Of a stretch of 32,000 bases of DNA, positions 18,500-25,226 are shown piece after piece (the stretch's first letter is position 1; each line of letters begins with the position of its first letter). Below the pieces are notes generated by a model. The model saw nothing but the letters and a program-made list of their open reading frames with translations, made no database searches and was not told the DNA's origin. The position numbers were made by a program, and so were the translations under genes. This stretch comes from an uncultured marine group I thaumarchaeote (lineage in GTDB: Archaea; Thermoproteota; Nitrososphaeria; Nitrososphaerales; Nitrosopumilaceae): positions 7,735 through 39,734 of the forward strand of contig CABXPS010000005.1 in assembly GCA_902514095.1 (NCBI GenBank), written 5' to 3'.

Positions 18500-19237
18500 T
18501 TATCTAGGAAAATATTTACTTTTTTTAGATTTAGATCTTGGACGATCTTCTTGTGGTTTGGCAGGTACAACAGCATCATTACAATTTGAACAAAATACTT
18601 TGAGTTCCTTCTTAGCAGTATCAGGTGCAGAAATATATTTTCCCCATGAAGAAGCTGCACTACCACGTCGAGTATCACCAGATATTTGATTACCATTTAT
18701 ATCACAAATACCTAAAGCTCGTTCATCATTAGAACCACAGCTAGAACAGGTTTTTCCACCTAAAATTTCATATAATTTTTTCTGTAATGATTCATTGAAT
18801 TTAGCAGAACCGTTGGAATAGAAACTTTCTTGTTTTCTCAAAAGTTTATCACTTTTACCTCTACTTGGTCTAGAATTATCTCGAGAATTTCTTGAACCTC
18901 TATCGTCTCTGGAATATCTTGAACCTCTATCGTCTCGTGATGGTCTATCATTACCAGAATCATCTGGTTTGTATTGTCTAAAACAATCACTACAATAAAC
19001 TGGTTTATTGCTTCTTGGAACAAATGGAACTGTACACTGATCACCACAATCAGCACAAGTTACAGTTGTATCTTCGCGGTCATTGTCTCTGGAATATCTT
19101 GAACCTCTATCGTCTCTGGAATATCTTGAACCTCTATCATTATTTGAATTTCTAAAAGAACGTGATGGTCTATCATTAAGAGATGAATTACGATTAGAAT
19201 ATTTTTTATCAGAATGTTTTGATCTGTATAAGTCCAT
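18500..19237 (-). CDS. Zinc-ribbon protein (CxxC-x17-CxxC type) flanked by Arg/Ser/Asp-rich DRGSRYSRD repeats
   Basis: 245 aa. The central CADCGDQCTVPFVPRSNKPVYCSDCF is bracketed on both sides by NDRPSR...DRGSRYSRDDRGSR(Y/N)SRD modules. A second Cys4 pattern (CSSCG...CSNC) lies in the C-terminal half. Confidence 0.6.
   Translation of the reverse strand: MDLYRSKHSDKKYSNRNSSLNDRPSRSFRNSNNDRGSRYSRDDRGSRYSRDNDREDTTVTCADCGDQCTVPFVPRSNKPVYCSDCFRQYKPDDSGNDRPSRDDRGSRYSRDDRGSRNSRDNSRPSRGKSDKLLRKQESFYSNGSAKFNESLQKKLYEILGGKTCSSCGSNDERALGICDINGNQISGDTRRGSAASSWGKYISAPDTAKKELKVFCSNCNDAVVPAKPQEDRPRSKSKKSKYFPR
18891..18953 (-). repeat. 27-nt coding repeat block (cttgaacctctatcgtctctggaatat unit plus cgtgatggtctatcatta), copy set A
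   Basis: The unit is exact at 18891-18917 and its first 19 nt recur at 18918-18936. The tail cgtgatggtctatcatta at 18936-18953 recurs at 19161-19178. Confidence 0.8.
19098..19178 (-). repeat. 27-nt coding repeat block, copy set B
   Basis: cttgaacctctatcgtctctggaatat at 19098-19124 is identical to 18891-18917. A partial unit sits at 19125-19140 and the shared tail at 19161-19178. Confidence 0.8.
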
Positions 19238-19311
19238 TTTATAATAAATACGAGAGTTGTTGGATATAGATGCTTAGATCTCTAATTTGTGCCTAAAATA
19301 TAAAAAAATTA

Positions 19312-19641
19312 TCAAACTAGAGATTTATCCATTTCTGTAGACATCAATTCTTGAACTTTAAGAAAATATAGTTTTGTAGAATATGGCATATCATCTAAAT
19401 TATTATCAACTGCAATCATGAAATATCTAACTGCTCTCTTTGAAATATCTAAATTAAATTTCATTGGAAGAATAGGATCCTGATTAACCTTGATTTTGTC
19501 TTGAAGCCATGGAGGTGCCATTTCAATTGTTTCTTTGATAATTTTATCATACCAAAATGAAAGATTTTGAGGTTGGAGACCTTGTTTTAAATTTGATACA
19601 TCGGTATCAATTTTTTTCATCATATGATTGATTATGGTCAT
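19312..19641 (-). CDS. Hypothetical protein (109 aa)
   Basis: ORF only; no motif recognised. Confidence 0.4.
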   Translation of the reverse strand: MTIINHMMKKIDTDVSNLKQGLQPQNLSFWYDKIIKETIEMAPPWLQDKIKVNQDPILPMKFNLDISKRAVRYFMIAVDNNLDDMPYSTKLYFLKVQELMSTEMDKSLV

Positions 19642-19693
19642 AAATTTTCATACAATAATTTTGTTTTATTCAGATTACTCAAAATACTGTAAG

Positions 19694-20170
19694 CTACTTG
19701 TCAATTGGTAGCAAGTTTCCATCAGAATCAATTTCAGAATTTTTTATTCTAGTTGTAGAAATTCTTTTCCCATCTTTTGCTAAAGTCATTGGAACTACAA
19801 TTATTTCAACAGGAGAAATATTACGTTCAGTTCTTAACTTATTCAAAATATTTCCTTGATTTTTGGTTTCATCACTTACAATAAGTGCCTGAACATCTTT
19901 TTCTAAAACTGCAGGTCCAAAATCATTATTTAATTGGTTAATTTCAAAATCAGTATTAGGGAATTTGTGAAAAATTACAGATATCAAATTCTTAAGACGT
20001 TCATCATATTTGTGAATTGGTGTCTTACCTTTTTTTTGTACAAATTCATCACTAGTTAATCCAATAATGACTTTTTCAGAAATATCAAATGCAGTAGAAA
20101 GTAAAGTGATATGTCCATGATGAATTATATCAAAAGTTCCACCCATGGCAATTAAAGAAAATTTTGACAT
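19694..20170 (-). CDS. coaD: Phosphopantetheine adenylyltransferase, archaeal type (cytidylyltransferase fold)
   Basis: 158 aa with AMGGTFDIIHHGHITLL (the (H/T)xGH nucleotidyltransferase motif) and a C-terminal ISTTRI block. Confidence 0.7.
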   Translation of the reverse strand: MSKFSLIAMGGTFDIIHHGHITLLSTAFDISEKVIIGLTSDEFVQKKGKTPIHKYDERLKNLISVIFHKFPNTDFEINQLNNDFGPAVLEKDVQALIVSDETKNQGNILNKLRTERNISPVEIIVVPMTLAKDGKRISTTRIKNSEIDSDGNLLPIDK

Positions 20171-20337
20171 GTATTGATATGAAATTCTTTGAAAATAAAT
20201 CTACTAGTTTACCAAAATTTGTGCTGATTATCCTTAGGCTCCAAGAGAGATATTATTTTCATTTCAAACAAATGTTTCAATGAAAAATTGACCTTTTTGT
20301 TCAGGAGTCCAATCTATAGATTAAGAGTTTTGTAATT

Positions 20338-21471
20338 TTAGTATCTTGGAACGATGCTAAGTCTTGATTTTGCAGAAATTGCAATTATTGAGATAATTGC
20401 GACTGCTAGAATCATGGCTGCAATTGTGCCAAACTCTGGAATTACAAAGGTACCGATAATTTCAATTTGTTCAGTTTCTGCACCAAATGGAACGATAACT
20501 GTGTTACCGTTAATTTCTGCATCATTTGATTCCTCGCCATCAACTAATACCATAAAGATACCTTTTTGTGTTGATGTTGAAGGACTGATTGTCAATGTAC
20601 CATCATCATCGGCATGGATGTTGATGATAACTGAATTATCATCTAGGTTTACTGTTGCACTTTCGACATGTCCACCTGAAATATCATAAGAAGTACAATT
20701 ACCTCCGATGCTTACTTCACTTGAACCACAAGTAATAGCTAAATTTGTGCGTAATTGAGGTGCAGGAATTTCTACATCTATGAAATCAGTGTAGAATTTA
20801 TCAGATTCTGAGAATAAAATAAATCCTATAGAAGAAGAAGAAATTTCTTCATTTAATTTTACGGGGACTAATTCATTCATATTCATATTACCAATATCAA
20901 TTGTAGAAATTTGAATGACTCTATCAAAAACATCATAAAAAGCAAGATGTACAGATGTTTCAGAAGTTTGAGAATTTCCATTTCTTAAAATTCCTGAAAA
21001 AGAGAAAGTATAGGAAGAATCATTTGGATTAGTAATAGGTTCTATCGATACATCATTAATAGAAATTTTCAATGAATTTTCCATATATGGTGAAGTTTCA
21101 AATGTTGAAATTTTTGTAGATGCATCAAAAATATCAATAGGACTATCTGAACGTATAATGAATGGAGAGCTACTAAATGGAGGAATTACATTTAGGATGG
21201 TACTTCCTTCTTTAACTTCCAAAGGATTAGGATTAAAATCATCATAGAAATATGCTTGGATTTTAACATTAGTTACAAATGATAATGGATCATTATTTTC
21301 AACCACTCCAACTACAACTGCATGTCCTGTAGAATCTTGATAGATATAATTTAAATCAGAATTTGTTAAAACAGTCAATGTAGGATTAGTATCAGTATAT
21401 TCTTGTGAAAAAGATTGGGATGTTGGAAATAAGATCAAAATGAAAACAATCCCAAAAATTAATTTCTTCAT
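20338..21471 (-). CDS. Secreted surface protein with C-terminal PEFG-CTERM-type sorting signal
   Basis: N-terminal signal peptide (MKKLIFGIVFILILFPTSQSFSQE). The C-terminus is IPEFG followed by a hydrophobic helix (TIAAMILAVAIISIIAI) and a basic tail (SAKSRLSIVPRY). Confidence 0.7.
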   Translation of the reverse strand: MKKLIFGIVFILILFPTSQSFSQEYTDTNPTLTVLTNSDLNYIYQDSTGHAVVVGVVENNDPLSFVTNVKIQAYFYDDFNPNPLEVKEGSTILNVIPPFSSSPFIIRSDSPIDIFDASTKISTFETSPYMENSLKISINDVSIEPITNPNDSSYTFSFSGILRNGNSQTSETSVHLAFYDVFDRVIQISTIDIGNMNMNELVPVKLNEEISSSSIGFILFSESDKFYTDFIDVEIPAPQLRTNLAITCGSSEVSIGGNCTSYDISGGHVESATVNLDDNSVIINIHADDDGTLTISPSTSTQKGIFMVLVDGEESNDAEINGNTVIVPFGAETEQIEIIGTFVIPEFGTIAAMILAVAIISIIAISAKSRLSIVPRY

Positions 21472-21602
21472 TAGATTCTATCTGTAAAAACCATTAATCA
21501 AGCATTACTACTTACATTAACGTACAAAAAAGGCAACAACGTTAAACCTAGTTTACACTATAATTAGAAATAATAAAAAGAAATTAAAAATGGAATAAAA
21601 TT

Positions 21603-21704
21603 TTATTTTCTTTTTGCTGTGATTGCTAACCAGTATACTAAACCTGGAGCTAAACCAACAATAAGAGGAATCCATACGGGCCATCCGTCTACTACGCTTG
21701 CCAT
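21603..21704 (-). CDS. Untracked small membrane ORF (33 aa)
   Basis: Hand translation gives MASVVDGWPVWIPLIVGLAPGLVYWLAITAKRK*. It is locally G+C-enriched, has one hydrophobic helix and a basic C-terminus, and a TATA-like tatttaaat (21727-21735) is centred about 27 nt upstream of the ATG. Confidence 0.35.
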   Translation of the reverse strand: MASVVDGWPVWIPLIVGLAPGLVYWLAITAKRK

Positions 21705-21779
21705 AAGTAAAAACGTAAACTTATCCTATTTAAATCCACCCAGCAGTCTGAAATTCATCATTGATCGGAGAATAAAAAG

Positions 21780-21853
21780 TGGACCGGACGGAATTTGAAT
21801 CCGTGACCCCCCGCGTGCAAGGCGGGTATACTACCAGGCTATACTACCGGCCC
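21780..21853 (-). tRNA. tRNA-Ala (anticodon UGC)
   Basis: Hand-folded: acceptor GGGCCGG/CCGGTCC containing the G3:U70 alanine identity pair, anticodon stem CCCGC/GCGGG with loop CTTGCAC, T-arm ACGGA-TTCAAAT-TCCGT. Confidence 0.88.
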
Positions 21854-21933
21854 ACAAGAAAATGACTTACAAAGCGGATTTTAATTGTTGTCCTCTAGGA
21901 TAGAATTTTATTTGAATAAGGAATTATTACTGC

Positions 21934-22488
21934 ATGGTACTTTTAGAATCACAAATTAAATTAAAAAAAGGAGATATTGCTCCAGATTTTGAATTATTAG
22001 GAATTGATGATAAAAAACATACACTCAAAGATTATGAAAATTATAAAGGAATTCTAGTTATTTTCATGTGTAATCATTGTCCATATGTCAAAGCTAAAGT
22101 GAATGCATTAAACGAATTATTTGAAAAATGTGGTAGAGATATAGCAATCATAGGCATCAACAGTAACGATTCAACTGATTACCCAGAAGATAGTTTTGAT
22201 GCAATGAAGCAGACAGCAACAGAGAAAAAATTCCAATTTGATTATTTAGTTGATGAAACTCAAGAAATTGCAAAAAAATATGGTGCAATGTGTACTCCAG
22301 ATCCATTTTTGTTTAACAGTCAAAAAGAATTAGTTTTTCATGGTAAAATAGATAATGCTATGAAACCAGATGATGTAGTCACAGAAAAAACAATGATTGT
22401 AAATATGGAGAAATTAATTTCTGGTGAAAAAATTGAAAAGGATTTTGACCCATCAATTGGTTGTTCAATCAAGTGGAAAGAAAACTAA
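21934..22488 (+). CDS. Thioredoxin-fold thiol-disulfide oxidoreductase (AhpC/TSA/redoxin family)
   Basis: 184 aa with APDFEL...KGILVIFMCNHCPYV, the redoxin pattern with a CxxC-like CNHC. Confidence 0.7.
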   Translation: MVLLESQIKLKKGDIAPDFELLGIDDKKHTLKDYENYKGILVIFMCNHCPYVKAKVNALNELFEKCGRDIAIIGINSNDSTDYPEDSFDAMKQTATEKKFQFDYLVDETQEIAKKYGAMCTPDPFLFNSQKELVFHGKIDNAMKPDDVVTEKTMIVNMEKLISGEKIEKDFDPSIGCSIKWKEN

Positions 22489-22521
22489 ACTTAAATGACT
22501 CTTGCCTAGAGATTTCTTCGT

Positions 22522-22596
22522 GGGCTCGTAGCTCAGCTTGGCTGGAGCGTTCGACTGATAATCGAAAGGTCATGTGTTCGAATCACATCGGGCCCA
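22522..22596 (+). tRNA. tRNA-Ile (anticodon GAU)
   Basis: Hand-folded: acceptor GGGCTCG/CGGGCCC, anticodon stem TTCGA/TCGAA with loop CTGATAA, T-arm ATGTG-TTCGAAT-CACAT. Confidence 0.9.
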
Positions 22597-22602
22597 TTGT
22601 TA

Positions 22603-23496
22603 TTATTTTATATTTTGAGATATTGTTTTAGACCATTGTAAAATATCACTAATGGAATCAGATAATAAATCAGAATTAATTTTAGTTTTTTTAGGAATAT
22701 TACCACATAATGCTAATTTAATTCGTTTATCAGATTTTTCTTTATTTGGGTTAATTGAATCAGCAAAGAAAATTAAACCTTCAGAAGTTTGAGAGAATAT
22801 CACTACCAATAAGAGACCAGGTTTTTGTTTCCAAATTTTTCCAATTAATTTTTGAAAATCTAAATCAAATAATACATTAATTGCAGAAGACATGTCTCCT
22901 AAATGAGAGACGTTCCAGCCATCAGAACGGTAAGATGTGGAGGCAGATTCAGAAATCAAAGTACTTTCAGGATCAGCAGATATTACAACTACATTTTTTT
23001 TAGGATCAGATATTACTGGAATTTGATTAAAAATTCCAAGGGATTTTGAAATAGTAGTTCTTAGTAAATTTTGTTCAGCAGTTCCAATTTTTCCAGAATC
23101 ATATAGATTATGAACATATTCAATAGTCGGATAAATAACTTCTAAAATTAATTGATTTGTTGATGCACCAGAGTTAAGACAATTTCGAATTAGAGAAAAA
23201 ATTTGCTCTTCATTACCTTTTACTAACAATTCAAGATATCGTGAAGTTATTTTGAAATAATCATCAGGAAAAGTAAATGATTCTTGACCAGGTTCTAAAA
23301 ACCACAATGTAACATTGCCAATATTTTTTTGACGAAGTAGACCCTCTGCTGCAAAAACTTTGAGATATTTTGTCATAGTGATTCTATTAACATTAATTGT
23401 TTTAGAAATTTCAATGCCGGACATTCCACTATCAGAATCCTTCAAAACAGAGATTAGTTGTTCTCTAATATCTTCACTAAGATAGCCTCTAACCAT
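22603..23496 (-). CDS. Winged-HTH transcription regulator with B12-binding-like (helical cap plus Rossmann) C-terminal domains lacking the DxHxxG ligand motif
   Basis: The N-terminus MSGIEISKTINVNRITMTKYLKVFAAEGLLRQ is a wHTH. The middle IFSLIRNCLNSGASTNQLILEVIYPTIEYVHNLYDSGKIGTAEQNLL resembles the B12-binding_2 cap. VVVISADPESTLISESASTSYRSDGWNVSHLGDMSS resembles the B12 Rossmann start, with DPESTL where DxHxxG is expected. Confidence 0.5.
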   Translation of the reverse strand: MVRGYLSEDIREQLISVLKDSDSGMSGIEISKTINVNRITMTKYLKVFAAEGLLRQKNIGNVTLWFLEPGQESFTFPDDYFKITSRYLELLVKGNEEQIFSLIRNCLNSGASTNQLILEVIYPTIEYVHNLYDSGKIGTAEQNLLRTTISKSLGIFNQIPVISDPKKNVVVISADPESTLISESASTSYRSDGWNVSHLGDMSSAINVLFDLDFQKLIGKIWKQKPGLLLVVIFSQTSEGLIFFADSINPNKEKSDKRIKLALCGNIPKKTKINSDLLSDSISDILQWSKTISQNIK

Positions 23497-23593
23497 AATG
23501 ATCTTCAGTCAAGGTATTCTATAAAGACTAATTTTTAAAAAGAATAAAACATTATATACTTGAGTACTTTAATGTACGGTAAGGAAAAGTAAA

Positions 23594-23980
23594 TTGCCAA
23601 AAGCAGGATTCAAATCAATAACAGTTTCAGAAACAGTCTACGATAAATTCCATAATGTTTATCAAAATAGTAAAGACGACCTAACAATGAAAGGCGTCAA
23701 TAGTTTTTCAGGTTATGTAACTTACATGTTAGAAGAGATGATGCATAAGGACAAAACTTTTGCAAGATATGCTCCAAAAATTGAAAAAATATCTATAGAT
23801 GATGATAGAGTAATTCTAAAAGATAATATGAAAAATAGAATTGCAGAAGTTGCAGTTCAAAAAGGAGAATTATTTTGTCAATTATGTGATGAAAAAGACT
23901 GTGTCCATGTTGGATACGTATTTTCATTACCAGATGTATACGAAGTACTAAACGCCAGAGGAATCAAAAATCCAAAATAA
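23594..23980 (+). CDS. Small putative DNA-binding protein (RHH-like N-terminus, C-x2-C-x4-C-x-H cluster)
   Basis: 128 aa with TTG start. The N-terminal KSITVSETVYDKF strand-helix pattern is RHH-like. CQLCDEKDCVH is a SWIM-like zinc cluster. It is divergent from the 22603-23496 regulator. Confidence 0.4.
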   Translation: MPKAGFKSITVSETVYDKFHNVYQNSKDDLTMKGVNSFSGYVTYMLEEMMHKDKTFARYAPKIEKISIDDDRVILKDNMKNRIAEVAVQKGELFCQLCDEKDCVHVGYVFSLPDVYEVLNARGIKNPK

Positions 23981-23985
23981 AATAG

Positions 23986-24070
23986 TGGAGGAGGTGGGAT
24001 TCGAACCCACGAACTCCTGAAAGATAGGATCTTAAGTCCTACATCGTTGGCCAGGCTTGATTACTCCTCC
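23986..24070 (-). tRNA. tRNA-Leu (anticodon UAA), class II with long variable arm
   Basis: Hand-folded: acceptor GGAGGAG/CTCCTCC, anticodon stem TAGGA/TCCTA with loop CTTAAGA, a 14-nt variable arm, T-arm GTGGG-TTCGAAT-CCCAC. Confidence 0.9.
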
Positions 24071-24161
24071 AAAAGATTACAAATATCTATGAAATTTAAC
24101 AGTTTAGAAAAATATCATCCGGAATGAAGAATTATAAGGATTTTAATCAGAGGATTTTTGT

Positions 24162-24235
24162 GCTTCGATAGCTCAGTCTGGTAGAGCGTTACATTGGTAA
24201 TGTAAAGGTCACGGGTTCAGATCCCGTTCGAAGCT
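24162..24235 (+). tRNA. tRNA-Thr (anticodon GGU)
   Basis: Hand-folded: acceptor GCTTCGA/TCGAAGC, anticodon stem TTACA/TGTAA with loop TTGGTAA, T-arm ACGGG-TTCAGAT-CCCGT. Confidence 0.9.
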
Positions 24236-24236
24236 T

Positions 24237-25097
24237 TTAATAATTTTTAATTAATAATTCAAAATGTCCAGTTCTTTTATTTGAATTAGAATTAATCGAA
24301 CGATTTGCCTTTATCTTACTAATTTTCCAAGATTTATTTGAAAACAATTCAGCAACTTCTTTTGAATTAGAATTTGATAGAAGAACATTACAGCCTTTTG
24401 AATCTAATTTCATACAAAGATTTGCTAATCGATTTAAATCATCATATGTAAAATTCTTGTTTGTATAACTAGTGAAATTAGCAGTTTCAGTAACTGGTTG
24501 ATAAGGTGGATCAAAATAGACTAAATCGCCTTTTTTGGCATCTCGTAAAACTGCTCCAAAATCACGACATTGAATCTTGACTTTACTTGATGCCAAAATA
24601 TGACTAACTGAGCGTAAATTATCCTCATTTACAATATTTGGATTAGTATATTTTCCTAAAGGCACATTGAATTTACCTTTACTATTTACACGATACAATC
24701 CATTAAAACAAGTCCTATTCAAAAATAATAATCTAGATGTTTTTTCAATTTCATTTTTTGGGTTATCTCCTCTTATGGAATAGTAATATGATTTTGAATC
24801 TTTTTGATAATATTTTTCATGTTGTTTTAATGAAGATATTAAATCATCAACCCTATCACGAATTGTGGCATATGCTAAAACAAGATCAGAATTAAGATCT
24901 GAAATACTGCATTTTTGTTTATTTCTTTCAGTTAGCATATTGAACAATAATGCACCACCTCCGAGAAATGGTTCAAAATAAGTACCAAAAGATTTAGGTA
25001 AATTTTCATTTAAAACTGAAATCAATTGACGCTTTCCTCCAGCCCATTTTACAAATGGTTTTGGAGTAACAAGCATCTGACCATATTCTTGCTTCAC
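24237..25097 (-). CDS. dam: Dam-family (D12 class) N6-adenine DNA methyltransferase, no adjacent endonuclease
   Basis: 286 aa with FVKWAGGKRQL, the SAM-binding EPFLGGGALLF, the catalytic DPPY (VYFDPPYQP) and NRTCFNGLYRVN. The track start is GTG at 25097; an ATG at 25076 (MLVTPKPFVKWAGGK) is an alternative. Confidence 0.8.
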   Translation of the reverse strand: MKQEYGQMLVTPKPFVKWAGGKRQLISVLNENLPKSFGTYFEPFLGGGALLFNMLTERNKQKCSISDLNSDLVLAYATIRDRVDDLISSLKQHEKYYQKDSKSYYYSIRGDNPKNEIEKTSRLLFLNRTCFNGLYRVNSKGKFNVPLGKYTNPNIVNEDNLRSVSHILASSKVKIQCRDFGAVLRDAKKGDLVYFDPPYQPVTETANFTSYTNKNFTYDDLNRLANLCMKLDSKGCNVLLSNSNSKEVAELFSNKSWKISKIKANRSINSNSNKRTGHFELLIKNY

Positions 25098-25105
25098 ATA
25101 GTATA

Positions 25106-25153
25106 ATCACAAGATTACATATTGTCAAAATAGACAATAAAAGATCACAAGAT
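25106..25153. promoter_or_regulatory. Symmetric composite motif: 10-nt direct repeat ATCACAAGAT (25106-25115, 25144-25153) flanking a perfect palindrome TATTGTC-AAAATA-GACAATA (25120-25139)
   Basis: Read directly, with 4-nt gaps on both sides of the palindrome. It lies immediately upstream of the dam start and downstream of the amoA 3' end. The palindrome centre is TATA-like (TATTTT on the minus strand). Confidence 0.4.
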
Positions 25154-25178
25154 GTGCAGTATTTTTTAATCAAATTTG

Positions 25179-25226
25179 TTTAGGGTGTCCCCTAAAGAAA
25201 AATAATAAAATGAAAAAGGTTGGGTT
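25179..25226 (-). terminator. amoA 3' region: oligo-U tracts followed by a perfect 7-bp hairpin (UUUAGGG-GACA-CCCUAAA)
   Basis: On the minus strand, CCUUUUUCAUUUUAUUAUUUUUC follows the amoA stop, then the hairpin encoded at 25179-25196. Oligo-T is the archaeal terminator signal. Confidence 0.4.

Noticed and set aside
18886-19178. Repeated 27-nt units that might look like a CRISPR array or a minisatellite
   Set aside because: All copies are in frame inside one long ORF and encode the DRGSRYSRD peptide repeat. There is no regular repeat-spacer alternation, and no cas genes occur in the window.
20171-20337. 34-codon plus-strand ORF (MKFFENKSTSLPKF...) in the coaD / PEFG-protein gap
   Set aside because: It has AT-rich low-complexity sequence, no promoter geometry like the other small genes and no hydrophobic or structured pattern. 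It is most likely spacer DNA.
21780-21853. First-pass reading of this tRNA as tRNA-Cys (GCA)
   Set aside because: Canonical numbering from the 3' end places the 7-nt anticodon loop as CTTGCAC, which gives anticodon UGC. The G3:U70 pair independently supports alanine identity.
21780-25226. Four tRNA genes plus dam as an integrated virus or mobile element
   Set aside because: There is no integrase, transposase or capsid-type gene, and I could not find a duplicate of any tRNA 3' end that would mark an att site. It is retained only as a low-weight possibility under the dam finding.
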